Positions 49,026-62,836 of a DNA stretch of 64,000 nt are shown one piece after another. Location: assembly GCA_021432655.1 (NCBI GenBank), contig MU271275.1, forward strand, positions 1-64,000. The letters are read 5' to 3'. The position numbers and the translations under genes were made by a program. Each line of letters starts with the position of its first letter. The first letter of the stretch is position 1. This DNA comes from Atractiella rhizophila. Taxonomy: Eukaryota. Below the pieces are notes generated by a model. It was not told the origin of the DNA and made no database searches. It saw only the letters and a program-made list of their open reading frames with translations.

Positions 49026-52000
49026 TCACCCAACTGGACGCATTCCCACTTTCCACATCAGCTGCTCCAACATCTGAATGTCCTGTTCTCTGGGTTTCGT
49101 CTTACCCTGGATGGAAGACCGTTTGGCGGTGGAAACCGGACGGCCTCGCACTTGCCGCTTTCGAGCTTGATGTTCAAGGTCTTCCATCATTCTCGCCACT
49201 CGTCGTCGCAGAGCTTCGTCAGAAGTCGCTGCATCAGCTGTGGCTGCGCTCGCATCTGCGCCGTCAGAACGCGTTGGCGTCGGGGTCGATGCCGGTGCAG
49301 CCTCCGTGGAGGTTTCAGCGGACGTTGAGGGTGTCGAGGTAGGGGTTGGAGTTGCCTCTGTTGAGGTTGACGTGGGGAGGGTAGTGAGCGATTGTCTATG
49401 AATGGCATCAGTCACAGATTGTCAGCTCGAAATACAGAAGACATACGCAGCGTTGGTCAAGCTGTTCACCATGCTCGAGGTGTTGGTAAGCGATGTGGTA
49501 GCGATCGACGAAGTCGTTGAGTTGGAGACGCTGCTGGACGAAGTCGCAGCTTGACCCAGGGGCCCTAATGGACCATTGGGACCAATGATTGTGAACATGC
49601 CGCTCCATACGGGATCGAGGAGGAAAGGGAGCCCGTCAAAACTGGTGTGTAGGATGCCATCGATGCACTCTATAGCACCTTCCAGCAGTCTATCATCGCA
49701 GTAATGAGAAGCACAGCCACAAAATCTGATGAGACATACGTGGCCAGTAAGCTAACAAAGGTGAGTACTTCGCCAGTCCATTCCACGCCGTTAAGTGTAA
49801 AATGAATATCGTATATCACGCGATCCTAGCATCATTTCATTAGAAATTGTGCATCAACAACCCTCTGATTGACAAACCTGATGATAGAAGAGTGAAGGGA
49901 TGGTATATCCGTCCAAAGATCCCACGGCTGCTCGTGCAGTAATGTCAAGGTCGAGACCGCGGTCGTGATTGAGGAGCCAGTTGGCCAAGAGCGGCAATGA
50001 CCCGAACAGGCCCTGCGTGAGTTCGGAGACAATTCTTTCTGAATTATCGGAAACAACGTGTGGTGGCCCCTCCAGAGGTGTCTGGAAGGTATGATCGAAC
50101 GATCCATATTGAACATGATCATCTTGGTAGGCGTTTACCTGGGTTCGCTCAATGAAAATCGGGGTCTCCAACTCGTTTGTAATCGTGAAGGTGAGCTCCG
50201 TCTCCTTATCACACACTACCAGACAAAATTGGACTTGAGCACGATGCAACGAAGGCAAGGCGCAATTAGAACTCACAGCTCTGGAAGATATCTAAGAAAA
50301 TATCGATATGAGTTACCAACGGTGTTCCCAAGCCCGCGAAACTTGATTGCAGGGTTACTCCTTCAAGCGCGGCAGCCAATGACCCGTAAGGGGTTGAAGA
50401 TTCAGAACCGTGAATTTGAATTGGGATCTGATCAGTAGTAGACAGGTAAGCTGTGAGAAGGGATTCGGCGTTAGCGTTGTTGGGATCCGCTGGCATATAA
50501 TGGAACTGTGATGGAATAGTGTTCGAGCCAGGGACCAGGTTGAGATCAGCAATGACAGCCTCTCCGACGACTGTGCCGTTGTAGACGACATCTAGCGCAA
50601 CTTCGTTTGTCGTGAGCGTGATTTGCGATGGGTTGTTAAGGATGACGTCCAGCGTGATGCGAATGAAATCGCTTCCAGTAGAATTGCCAAACCGATCGCT
50701 GTTCGATCCAGATCCAACGACCAGCGGCCTTTCAGGAATGGTCGCAGTCCCTCCAAAATCACTTAAACCAACGAGCGAGGTGGAAACGTTGAAGGGAATG
50801 CCAGAAATTGGAACATTTCCAATAGCAGTTTCAGCAAGAACGTCAGCTCCACCCTTTAAAATGAAGTCTATCTCTGGGAGAAGTGTGACCCCACGGAAGA
50901 ACTGTTGATAAGCAGGGTCGATGACGGAATCGAAAGTCACGTTTGAGAATTTGAGAACCAGTGGTGCTGGCTGTCCCGTCGAGGTGCCAGCGGAAACGAC
51001 TGGTGCCATTGGGATATCCAACGTTGCGACGTCGTATCCTTGACCCGCGGCAGTGATATTTTCACCAGACCGCAGAGGAGTGAGCTGGCTCCAACATCAG
51101 CCTTTGCGTTTTTTTGCGAGAGCTTGCTTACTGAGAATCCGAAAGGATTGGTAAAAACAGCATCTGTTTCCTTATTCGAGATAGGAATGTGAAAATCTTG
51201 AGACTTCTCCACTAGAACAGCCTCTAAATCCAAAAGTCTAAAGAGTAGTAAATACCACGCATTGTAAACATGATAGAGAAGCTTACTTGATACTGTTGAT
51301 GATCTCGTATTGATGACCTGGCAAAATGACCTCTAAGGTCAACGTCTATAACGAAGTCAGGAGGAAGCCATCTGTGATAAAAGTGGCGAACCTTGAAAGC
51401 CTTGGACAACCACGAGACCGGAGAATCGGGTTGAGCGGGACTCGTAACACTTAGGCCAGTAACATCGAGTGTTTGATTGACGCCTACAAGGAGTCAGTCA
51501 CTATCCATCATTGGACGAGTTCTCACCTTGAAGGTAGTTCGAGCTAATGATACACAGGTCAACAGGGAGAAAAAAGAAAGTTGGGACATTACAAAAGTAC
51601 TCCAATAGTCTCCAGATTATCGCCTTTCTGTGGAATGATACGTCCGTCCAGATGTGTGTTTGTGACTGCCATCGGAGCGAGAGCCAGATTTTCAGCGACG
51701 ATGGGACCAAGAGTGACACCTTGGAAGGATGAAGTGAAATCTGCTTTTCCCAGTACAATTCCCAGATTCGCTGGGCTCGGGATGGAGCTGTCCGTGGAGA
51801 TGGTGATACCTCCAGCAGCTAAGCAAAAGACTCAGCTTGCAATGGGATTCAACATTGCTGCTTACGATCATCAGCTGGAAGCTCAAAATTGGAAATCGTG
51901 ACTCCAGGTAGGCCGTTGAAAGCTTGGAATCCAATAACCTTCGAGAGGGTGACGTTGTCGAAGATAATATCCAACGCACGAACGCGAAGAACATCAGTCG

Positions 52001-55000
52001 AAATGGTCCATTCAAAAGAGGGATCATGGAGAATTGCGGTCGCGAACTCAGTAAACTTCCCCTGGTTCGTGATTGTTAATTGTCCGGTCCTAGTTTCTAG
52101 CTCAGTGCTTTCCAGAGTGACAGATGTCTCACGCACGTAACAAGGTCTGGAATGGCCGTGTTGGCAGCAGCGCAAAGGTCGGGAAGAGTGATAGTAGCGA
52201 TGTTAGAGCCCTCCCAGCTCACAGTCACAGGCTTAGGAAAGCTGATTAGTGCATCGAACGGGCCACTGCAACAGGAGTGAGAACAAGCTGGTTTGTATCA
52301 GGCAAACCCACGTATTCAACAAGCTTCCTCGCACTATCATTACAACCGTCAGTGAAGCTTGCCAAGAACATCAAGACTTGTACGCTTACAATCGACTTGG
52401 AAACCATCATCGGTCACCTGAGAAATGTTGGCCTGAGAAAATTGAAGGGTCGATTGGTCCACCAAAGCCTAAATATGTTAATTGAGCCTCAGATCAGGAA
52501 AGAGATGATAGCCATACTTGAACAAGCGGAGCTCCAACAATGCCCACAAGGTACAGGGCGGTATCATCTACTTGAAGTGTCAGGAATATTCCAGCTGAGC
52601 TGTTTCAGTTTACCTGTGACTGCAGAAACATTGTGTTGCACAAAGTCGAGATCCGTTCGGTAGTCATCCAACCGTGTAGTTGATTCAATTGTGAGGTCCA
52701 CAAAGAGGTTCTTCAACGTGGCCAAAATAGCGCCTGCATGTCCATCAAAAAATGAGCAACTAAGTCAATAGAACGCACCAAGAACATCAAACTGCTGTCC
52801 GCTGTGACAATTCGGAGGGTTAAGGTCAGGAGTTGGGGTGACCGGAGTATCAGTACTGGGTAAGTTGTGCACGTATTGCAAGAGAGGGGGGAGAGGACCC
52901 AAATCCACCCCATTTACTTGCGAGGCGATGAACAAGAATTCGATGATAGCCTGTAGTCAGGATGAGCGAGCGAGGTTTAGCTTGAGGAAGAGCTTATACC
53001 TTTGGATCGATATTGAACTCGAAGGGCAACTCTCTACTGGTGATCGTGGAATGACCGGCGGCGCTTATTACAGGCGAGAGATTGCGTTGCTGTCAAGACA
53101 AACATGAGCCTTCTTTGACTGGATATAGTCTCCACATACGTTGATGCGACCAAGATTAATACCATGGTATGTCGCGTTTGCAACCACTGCTTCCAAATTG
53201 ATGGACGCAGTGAAAGGATTTACGAGAGTAAATGTGCTTGTCGCCAGTCCAGTCTGAGCAATGTTCAGAGGGAACTTGAGTGTTGCTTGGCTAGGAAACG
53301 TAGCATCAGCAATTGATCATCTGAAAAGGAGGTGACAAACGTAATGAGGTTTTGTTCCAGAGGGGGTATCTGCGTATTCAAGCTGATAGACGCTAATGCC
53401 TGCTTAAGCGAGGCGTATGGAGTCGTGTCTCTCGACCCTTGAATGACGGTGCTAGAGACTATTGCTTGAATGTAATTCTCGAGCAAGACTTGGCCAGCCG
53501 CCCTCGCTGCTCCTCCTGACGGGGAATAGTGCACTGCTGTGGCTACGGTGTTGTTTCCAGGGACCAAAGTCAAACCCGCAATATTGGCTGTTCCGATTGT
53601 CTGGCCCTGAAAGACGAGATTGAATGCTACATCTCCTGTTATGATCGTGATATTGCTAGGGTTGAAAAGGTGCGCATTCGTATTGATCTGCAAACGCATT
53701 AGACCTCGAACTAAGACTAAGGCGCATGACTTACTTGTAAGTAGTCGGAGTAGCCGTGGAAGACATCCAAACTGTTCACATATTAACTATGACCTAAAGC
53801 GATCGGCCAAAGAAGAACTCACTCAGACACCGTAGTGGGTTGAGCATTCAGTCCCTGAAGCCCAGCTAAAGATGTTTCGACCCCAAAAACAATGTCGTCG
53901 ACGTGCAGATTTCCAATGGCAGTGCCCGCGATGGCTGGAATCCAGGTTAAACAGGAGGAATACTACAATAGAGGTACCTACTATTCGCGTTCCCTGTCAA
54001 ACCAAAGTTCTTGGTCGTGCCTTGGGTGACATCCGTCAAATATTGAGAGAATGTGTCGTGAGCACTACCGATGGCAGCGAAAGGAACGTTGGCGAAGGTG
54101 AGGAGGATCACCCGAGTCTGGACGTTGGTTTGGGCGGGGGAAAGGGGCACTTCAATGTTAGCGAATGGTCTTCCATCGACCGCAGTAATGCTGTTTTGAA
54201 TTTGGGTAATATCGACCGGAAAAGCGAACGGAAGTTGGAAGGTAGCAACGGTGTTGTCTGTCGAGAAGAGTGGGGCCCAATCAGTGCCTCCTGGGAAGTC
54301 AAGCGTAACCTGGTTAAGAGCGATTGATGTAATGACTTCAAGATCGACTGCTGCAGGGAGAATGACAGGAACACGAAGAGACGAAATGGCATCGTTGAGC
54401 CATGAGACGCCAGAAGGACCAGCGCTATCTCCCTGAACGACGAGATGGGCCGGGATTCCGTGAAGATAGGCGTTGAAAAGAGTCGAAACATCGTCCAGAC
54501 CTTCTTGGGAACTCTGGGGCACAAGGCGACCAACGAGACTGAGATCAAAGCTTGCTTTGGGGAGGAGAGTGAAAGCGCTAGCGGCTGAGGCAGGTCCGAT
54601 GTTGGTGTCTCCGTAAAAGTTCTGGAAGGAGATGCCGGAAAGCTCAACACCCACACTCGAAGGGTTCGTAATGGTTGTCTCCAAGGTAAGATGAACGCCA
54701 CCAGCAGGATCGTTGGCGGGGAGATCAAAAGAACGAATGACGACGCCATTATTGCGCAGAGAGTTGATACCATTGAGAACAACAGTCTTTGAGATGGAAA
54801 TTCCGGGCACTTTGCACCAGTTTAAGTTCAACTTTACAACAAAAGAGGAGCAAGAACCCACCAACGATCCCCAAAGCGCTCACTTCAAGCTCCGTCCCTT
54901 GAATTTGCCAGGTGAATTCTGGTTCTGTCAACAAATACCGGGTGAAGTCGGTGAGACGTCCAACATCAGCGACAGTGAACGCAGATTGGAGGTTCAGGCT

Positions 55001-58000
55001 CGCTCCAACATCTCCAGTCAAAGCAACATCAGGCATGGCGAGAGATCCCAACTCCGCTCCATCCCAGAACACCCTGAGGCCAGACGCGAAAGTAATTCTA
55101 GCATCGAAGGGACCCGCGTTTGTGATCGCTCCAGTCAATGTGGTCCCAAATGAAGTAGGTTGGGGATTCGTGATGATCACAGTGTCGATAGATAACGTTG
55201 CTGCGTCTACAAGCTTCTGGACGATAGGAGCGGCGAGGATGGGCAACAGGAGATGGAGCGTAGCATCAGTTCGAACTGGCACATTTTGCTAAAGAGAAAC
55301 ATCCTCATTATGAATGCAACGAGTATAGCGAATGAAACTTACCTGAGCGTAAGTGAGGGTAGTATGATAGTCCCCAATGTTGACGCCAGACACCAGACCA
55401 ACCTCGACCGTGAGATGCGAAAAGGCTTGATCGACGAAAGAAGGTAAGTCGAACCTAGAGACGATGACTTAAACTCCTATCTCCAGAAAATGATATACCT
55501 ACCCTCTGTAAATGTCAGCCTGGCGCTTCCAAAGCCCCTTGACATCAGCAAGCCTGTCGCTAGTCCACTCGCTGATGCTCCTCAGGTCTGGGCTAGAGAT
55601 CAAATCCGCCTGAAATTTCTCTCCAGGACCGATTTCCCTCGAAGGTGACACCAGCAAGTGCTCGTAGTCATCTTGACCGAAGACACTCCAAGCACTGGCA
55701 TCAACTCCACCTTCGATCAGACTCCTCGTTTCCAAAGCAGCATCCCTCTTCACCATCCTCGACGACGGCGGACCAGTCGTGGGAACATAATCGTATCCAC
55801 CAAGCGCGACAATGCCATCAATTTGAGCTGTGGAGAGGCCAGCTTCTGTCGCCAGTTGTCGAAGGAGCGAGAAAATGTCAGGAGGGAACAAGTTCAGCGT
55901 GCTGATCCGACAATTTCTGAGCACAAACGTTGGGTGAGAAAAAGAAAGACATACAACGGTAATTCAGGAGAGTAGGTGCCAGCATGGCCAGCAGCGGGGA
56001 AGTTGGTTTCCGTTACGATAGAGCCTAGGTAGAGGCCACGTGCAGTGATATTCGATTGAATCTGTAGCACTCGGAGATTAGTATGCTGGAGCGGGTGATG
56101 AGGCGGAGAAGGTCTTACATTCGTGATCGTCAGTCCAGACGTGAACTACCAAGTGCCAAACAAGTCAGCACGTCAAGTCAATGTGACATGGGGATGGCTT
56201 ACAGGATTGTTCAACAATACAGCGGTGTTCGCAATGGTATTAGTGACACCAGTGGTAGGGAGAACTGCAAATTGGATCTCAGTCACTCTCTTCAAGCTCA
56301 ACGGAGACAAACCTGTGAGATTCGCGGCACCAAGAAGAGGAGTGTCCAATCCTGGAAGCGTAGCGTTAAGATGGATGGCCATGAAAGCCTGAGTAAGCGA
56401 ATCGACGGAGGTGGATCCATTGACTGCACAAGCAAGGTATCATTATTATCGATTGATAACACGACAGGAAGAAATGAACCCACATCCAGAGATAAAGAGC
56501 GATGTATCGAGCCCATTTGCGAATCGGTTGAGGGTGTCAAGAGCTCCCGGGTTGGCGTTAGCTTGGAAGAAACCTCTGGCGGCTACGGTTTGTGGACCGA
56601 TGGCGAGTGAGAGGTTAGGAAGGAGCGATTGGCCGAGGAAGTAGTCGCCGTTGAAAAGTTGGAAGGTGACATCTCCAGTCGCGAGTTCTGCATCCAGCAA
56701 AGGACAAGTCAGTCGAAGGAACTGGATTACAGAACACGACGAGGGAAACATACCAAGGTTTGAAGGGTTGTTAAGCCCGACTATGGTCCAGAACCAAACA
56801 TCAGTTTCTGCCTTTCAGCAGGGGAGAGAACAGACCTTGAATCCCAAGTTCGATATAATCAGCTGTTCCACCGAGCACGTCTACGCTACTAATGACAGTC
56901 GGATACTTCTTCAATCCCTCCAACCCAATCAAACCAGCAGGGACGGCAAATCTCACGCCATCGAGGGTGATGGTTCCAATCGGTGTGTCAGTGATAGCCG
57001 TAGCGCTTCCATTGAGGTCGATCCTGCTTCCATTAGTGGTTGTCAAATCGTACTGAAACTGGGAGAAGACGAGATGTGAGTCGTAGGAGTTGTCCGGGAG
57101 CTGCAAAGCAGTAGGAGGGAGCGTGATATCGAGGTCTCCAGTCGTGTATCCAGCGTTCTGAGACGTGATCCTGGTGCTCGACTGTCCAAAAGGAGCGGTG
57201 ACGGACGCGACTTCCGTGCCATTGGTATAAAGAGAAAACTGGTTCTGGACGTCGGTGATGTTAAAGCTGAATCCAAAAGGCAATCCAATCGTTCCCCTGA
57301 TACCGGGGGAACTCGTCATGGGGTTCCAAGAAGTTTCCGGCGTGTAGTTGATCGCCAGACTCTCTATCGTGATAGCCTTGATGGGATTGATGGGTTGGGG
57401 GCTCCTCAAGGGGACGTTGAGCTCGAGCGCCTGGATTCCCTTCTTCAACCAGCTCGTCGCCTCTCCGGTTGGGGGTATGACGTCCACTCCCCTCGCTGTG
57501 ACGTTCGAAACGTCCCCGTTCACGTATCGCGTGAAGAGGTCGGAGAGGATAGCGAGCGCGGTGGCGTTGTCGGCCGCGGGGAGGATGCGCCCTGTAAGGT
57601 CGAAGGTGTTGTAACCCGTGGTAAGATTGAGGCTGGATGCGGTTTGAGCTGGTCTGTTTCGCCATCACAATTCAGCAACGCGCTGCTCTCGAAGGGGGAG
57701 AAGGCATACCCGATGTAATGTCCGTTGTACCACAGATCCAACTTCAAAGTGCCAAGCTCTACACCGAAAGCGGAAGGATTGTACAGTCTCGTTGTAGTGA
57801 AAAGCGTGATTCCTCCTTGAGGGTCCTATCGAAACAAAAACCCACTACATCAGTATCCTCACTCTGACAAAAATTGGAGAAAATGCAAGAAACGCACATT
57901 GCCAGGCAATTGAAAGTCCAAAATCTCGATATTCGAAAAATTTGCAATTCCAGCCAGCGTAGTATCCTTACTGAAAGGCAAGTCATTGACGTTCAGGAAA

Positions 58001-59187
58001 GCAAAAGCCTTTGCTTGGACTCGATCAGCCTTGATGCGCCAGGTGAAGGCCTCCTGGGTGAGAAGGAAGACAGTGAAGTCCCCGAATGCGTCTTCGTCCG
58101 TGATCTCAAACTCTGCCAACTGCTTCAAGGTCGCTTTACCCCTTGAGGTGATTCCTAGTCTCGCCAAGGCTAGAACGTGATTTATGAGCGCATATTCAAT
58201 TAAATTAAATTAAAATGGCAAGGAAGGAAACGTACGAAATTGTCCGAGTTGAACTTCATTGTAGCCAGTATAGGGATTGATCCAGTAAACGTCCGCTTTT
58301 TCCTTGAAATGGACTTGGGCAGGAAAGATACCCGCTTTTGTGATTTTGCCTTGGAGTGTGAGGTCGAAGCTGTTGTTGGTGAGTGAGGTGAGGTTGGATT
58401 CGGCGACGTGGATTACCTGTTACGAAGGAAGAACAAAGTGAGCAGCTCGTAACGTAAGGCAAGCAAAAGGGTGGGCGGTGCATGTGAGGTTTTCTCACTG
58501 CCAGAGTCGGAGAACGCAGTTTCCGTGCAAATTGCACATGAGAGCTTGTCTCTCTCCTCACAGTTTTAACCGTCCCACTGCCCCAATAACCGCGCGAAAC
58601 ACGAAGAGAAAACTCACACTGGTGTGCAACGTGTGTTTCGCCACAGGTTTCAAAACAACATAAATAAGAATGACGACCGCAATAACGAGGGTGACGGGAA
58701 CGACGGCTAGCGAGAAGATGATGCACTTCTTCGTCTTGAAAATATTCTTCTTCTTCCTCTCAGGCGGCGCGTACAGAGCTCCAACCGGATGACTGGCGAT
58801 GGGAACAGGCGCTTCTCCTCCCCTCCTACTCATATCGCTCGCGCCATCATCCGCATCTCCATCCCTTTCGTCCACTGCAGCACCACCCTGGTGCGACGCG
58901 GCGTCGCTTCGATTCCCAGGAGGAGCTCCACCCGTGTAGAGTCTCCTCTCTGAAGCCGTATCCGAAGGCTGGTGGGAAACGGTGCTCGCATGATCGTCCG
59001 ACACGGCAGAAGCGACGTTCCTTCGTCGTGGACCCGAGCTCTGAGCGATCTCTCCTCCTGAGGCTGACGACGGATCTTCGCCTGAGGATGGGAAGAGGGT
59101 GGGCACTGGGATGCGGGAGGTGGAGGGACCTTCGCCCTGCGATTGGTGGGAGTAGTCGAGGTAAGGCGGTGGCCCTGGTGAAGCCAT
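49026..59187 (-). CDS. Giant Tag1/DUF3712-like type II membrane protein (repeated LEA_2-like beta-sandwich domains), many introns
   Basis: Disordered N-terminus and a single TM after a basic patch (KKKNIFKTKKCIIFSLAVVPVTLVIAVVILIYVV). Recurrent NPS...GD/GN/GE and PFGF/PFAF motifs; FDLPANDPAGG; Ser/Thr-rich C-terminus. Not every exon was resolved. Confidence 0.85.
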
Positions 59188-60386
59188 GATACAGCAAAAC
59201 TATCCTGTCCTGTCTTCCTAACCGAGTAGTTGCCAACCAAACCACGATATCGATGCTGATATGTTGATATGGAAACGGCAGGAAAGAAAGAAGCCCCAGG
59301 TGAAAGAGGGAGTGAAGGAAAGTGCGGGGTATAAGGGAGGGTCGTCTGGGGTAAAGAGACTGAAAAAATCGTCTCTGTGGTCAAAGGCACGGCTTCTTGA
59401 ACGGTAACGGAATGAAGGATGGAGGCGGCAAAGTTGATCGTCAACCATGTGCTCCGTTAGAGACGTCAAGATGGGCCCCACATTCCGCTCTTTCGGGACT
59501 ATGCACCTTGTCCATTCAGTGCCCTTCCAAATCGATTGGGATTCGGCCTCTCCAGTAATTCCCAGCCCAACCCAGCAGTTCTCAGAGCCAAAACTTATCA
59601 ACCCGGTCTTACGACATCACACCAGCGAAAGAAGGAGGTGTTACGAAGTTGCAAACCTGGCTTGCGCCAGTTGGTTGGGAAGAGACTCCGTTGAAGTTTG
59701 CAGCCGCCGCAGTTGTGGGAAAGGTCTGTGGAATTTCCACTCTTCTTTCTGTTTCTCATCATGAATCAATTCCATCCACGAGGTGTCCAGTCCACCTGAA
59801 AAAGCAAGACGGCATCCTCCCTTTGCCAGGTCTCACGACGCCGATGACTCCTGTCAACAGCAAGGATCGAGTGGCAAGAACCGAGGAAGAAGAAGTCGTG
59901 AGACCGATGGAGAGTGCGAGGAGCTTGGAGGAAGAGAAGGAAGGAAGTTGTGGCTGGGAAACCGCAAGTTTATGCCTTTGTCTCTGTGGGAACCATGAGA
60001 CGCGCACGCTGTGAACTTTCTACCGGACAGAGGGGGTCCCGTCTTCACGAGCATAGAATTCCTCCCATTTGTCATTCATAAACTCCTTTTCATGTCGCCA
60101 GCACTTCCTCAGTCTGTCTTACTAACGCTGAACCCCCGTCCTTTCACAAACTCCGTTTTGTCCTTCATCTTACGAGGACGTTATAAAGCTGTCATGGGGA
60201 CTTTCAATGAACTTGATTGTGCCACGGTCGCAACCGCAGAGTTGATTACGATGCTTAAACACCTTGGCGGTGGTTTCAAACGCATCCAACAGAATTGCTG
60301 ACTTCACTTTTGCTGGGAATCTGTACAGTTAATTAAGACTGGTTCTGAGACTGAGAGCTTGAGATTAGATGTAATTCAAGTCCTTT

Positions 60387-60422
60387 GTGATTTCGTGATT
60401 TCGTGATTGCGTGATTTCGTGA
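60387..60422. repeat. 8-bp tandem repeat (GTGATTTC) x ~4.5
   Basis: gtgatttc gtgatttc gtgattgc gtgatttc gtga. Confidence 0.85.
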
Positions 60423-60545
60423 ATAACGAACAACAGCCTGATCTCGAAATCAGATTTATCCAGATGAATAGTCTCGAATCACCCCGTTGATTTGCCACTT
60501 GCGATATTAGGGCTATCAACTTCCCTCTCTGATTGTGAAAGTTGT

Positions 60546-62031
60546 TTAATGCAATAAATTAACCGTGCTGTTTGAAAGACGCATGATATACGACGCCGAG
60601 TTTAACGAAGTATCCATACAGCTCCAACGGCTCGTGCGCAATCCATCCCAGAGATCTGAAAGCTCCCTCAAATACCTTGGGCAAACTTCAAGCTTCCATT
60701 TTTGCTGTTCTGAATTCGAAGGAGAGCAAGGACTAGAATCCATACCCTCACTGGCAGGCCATTCACAGCGAATGCCAGCCTTCCTAGTCTCCTTAGATGA
60801 GCTCTGCTGTAAACTCTTGTAGACCTGGCAGCAAGCCGTTCGAAATCAAGCGTCGAGCCCGTTCTTGTTGCGTAAGGAATACAAACATATCGCAGTGGAA
60901 GTGCGCTTTTGATTAATTAGTGATTAGCCATTCCATGGCGAGTTGGTCAATGTCGTCAGCTGCAAGAAAAGACAGCTGTGGACATTCGGACAGGATTTGC
61001 ATCGAAGACAGGTTGAGCTGTAATCACGCAGTTCCACCAAGAGTAAGCCCGTCAACGTCACATTATGTGCAAGTCCCTACGCTGACCGAACATTATCATT
61101 CTCACTAAGTGTACACATTGTAGATCAGCCATGGTTCTTGCGCAGAAAGCTAGCTCGTCCACAACGCAACGTTGGAGATGGACCGTTCTTTGCACAAGCA
61201 GTTGAGGAGTCATCGCGTGTACAAATGTTTGAAAGAGTGGGTCTGGAGGCTCGTAGATGAGGTAGTACGAGATCGATGTGCAATCGGCCGTTCCCGACGA
61301 AGAAAAAGCGAAGACATTTCCATCGTCAAAATGCCAGAACAGAGCTGTATTCTGCGAACCCAAAGTTGAGGCTTTCCAGGTTGGAACAGCCATTCAAAAA
61401 GCCGTCCAGACCTTCAATCGATCCAAAGTCGATTTCTGAAATTATGAGTCGATCAACGAATGGAAACTTGCTTGCAACAGCCGTGTCCACAAAGTTAGCT
61501 TCGAAGAAACCGCTACTCAAAGCGCTCTGAAAGGAAAGGAAGTGTATGCGTCATGGAGTTGTCGCTTTCGATGTACAGGTGATAGAGATTAGGTAACTGT
61601 AGCAAATATCAAAAGACCACCCCAAATTGCTGTTGGCAAATGAGTCCTGTTTGTTAAAGTCGACTTGTTGAAATAATACCAGTCTCTGTACAAACAGATT
61701 TCAAGAATTTCGGCACGATGTCATCTTTTGGAGGACTTGCGTACAGATGGCCAGTGATTATATTCGCTTAAAGACGGAATAAGAATGACCATAGGGCCGA
61801 CGTGGAAACGTCTTCATCCATTTGTCGCCGACTCAACGTAAATTGGGAATTGTAGGACGACAATATCGAATATGGAAGAGAAGGTGGTGCAATCACTAGG
61901 TTTTTAACTTCCTCCCAACGCGGCATTGGACGGGTGATCACAATCTGTAAGATGGCATGTACCCTTTCCAATGGAAGGTCCAGTAACGTTATTCGTAGCC
62001 TGATCGCATCAGGAGGAGAGGTCATTGTCAT
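60546..62031 (-). pseudogene. Frameshifted paralog of the F-box/LRR gene at 24534-26075
   Basis: ITLLDLPLERVHAILQIVITRPMPRWEEVKNL matches IALLDLPPEILYTILQNVIIHPIPRWKEIEDL; ARRLISNGLLP matches VRRLISNGVLP; LPLRY is shared. Broken by multiple frameshifts and stops. Confidence 0.8.
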
Positions 62032-62836
62032 TGTTTGGGCAATAATCGATCTGCTGTGAGCGGCAATTAGTAAATGGTGCTTTGAGAAGTGAAGTCATAA
62101 CAAAAAATAAGAAATTGTCGCGACAATGAGTGACAGATGCTCATCCATATCTGCCTTCAACATTGTTGTGCATAGCCCAAGACGATGCAGATTCTCAAGC
62201 CTACAGTAACTTATGACGCAGAGTTCTCGAAATTTGATTTGAGAGGCTCTGTTTGGCATCTTCGCCAATATACAATCCTATTCTTTTAAGTTAACCTTCA
62301 GGTTTTCTTGAAACAGAACTTACAAACGGTACAAAATGATAATCCGGCTTGCAGGTGGAATGAGCACCCCTCGATGTAACTTGTAATACACCCTATATAT
62401 GTCGGTATGTAGGAAGGCATGAAGACGATGATGGACGCTGATTCCTAACCCATACGATCCCTACTTTCTCCTTTTAATGTTTGCAAAAGTGCGATGCCCT
62501 GCCACTTGCCTGCCATGCGGACAAATTTACAATTATGTCATCTGGCCCACATACAATCCTAAGGTAAGGTCCTCTCTTTGACGTACACTTTAGCCTGTCG
62601 ATGTTGCCTAGCTCAGCTTAAATGGTACCGTCAAATGGTAAATTGATACCATGGGTCGAAGATATTTATTTATTGCGATTAAACGCAAAGAATTGATTAG
62701 GATCACAAGTCTGTTATAGTACAGGTTTTTCTAATGAGTACAATCTGTTGTAATATGCTTTTGATAAAGAAATGCGAAATCTATAGTAAATGATGAAATG
62801 CGAATGCAATGATGGAATAAAGGTGAGAATGCACTC

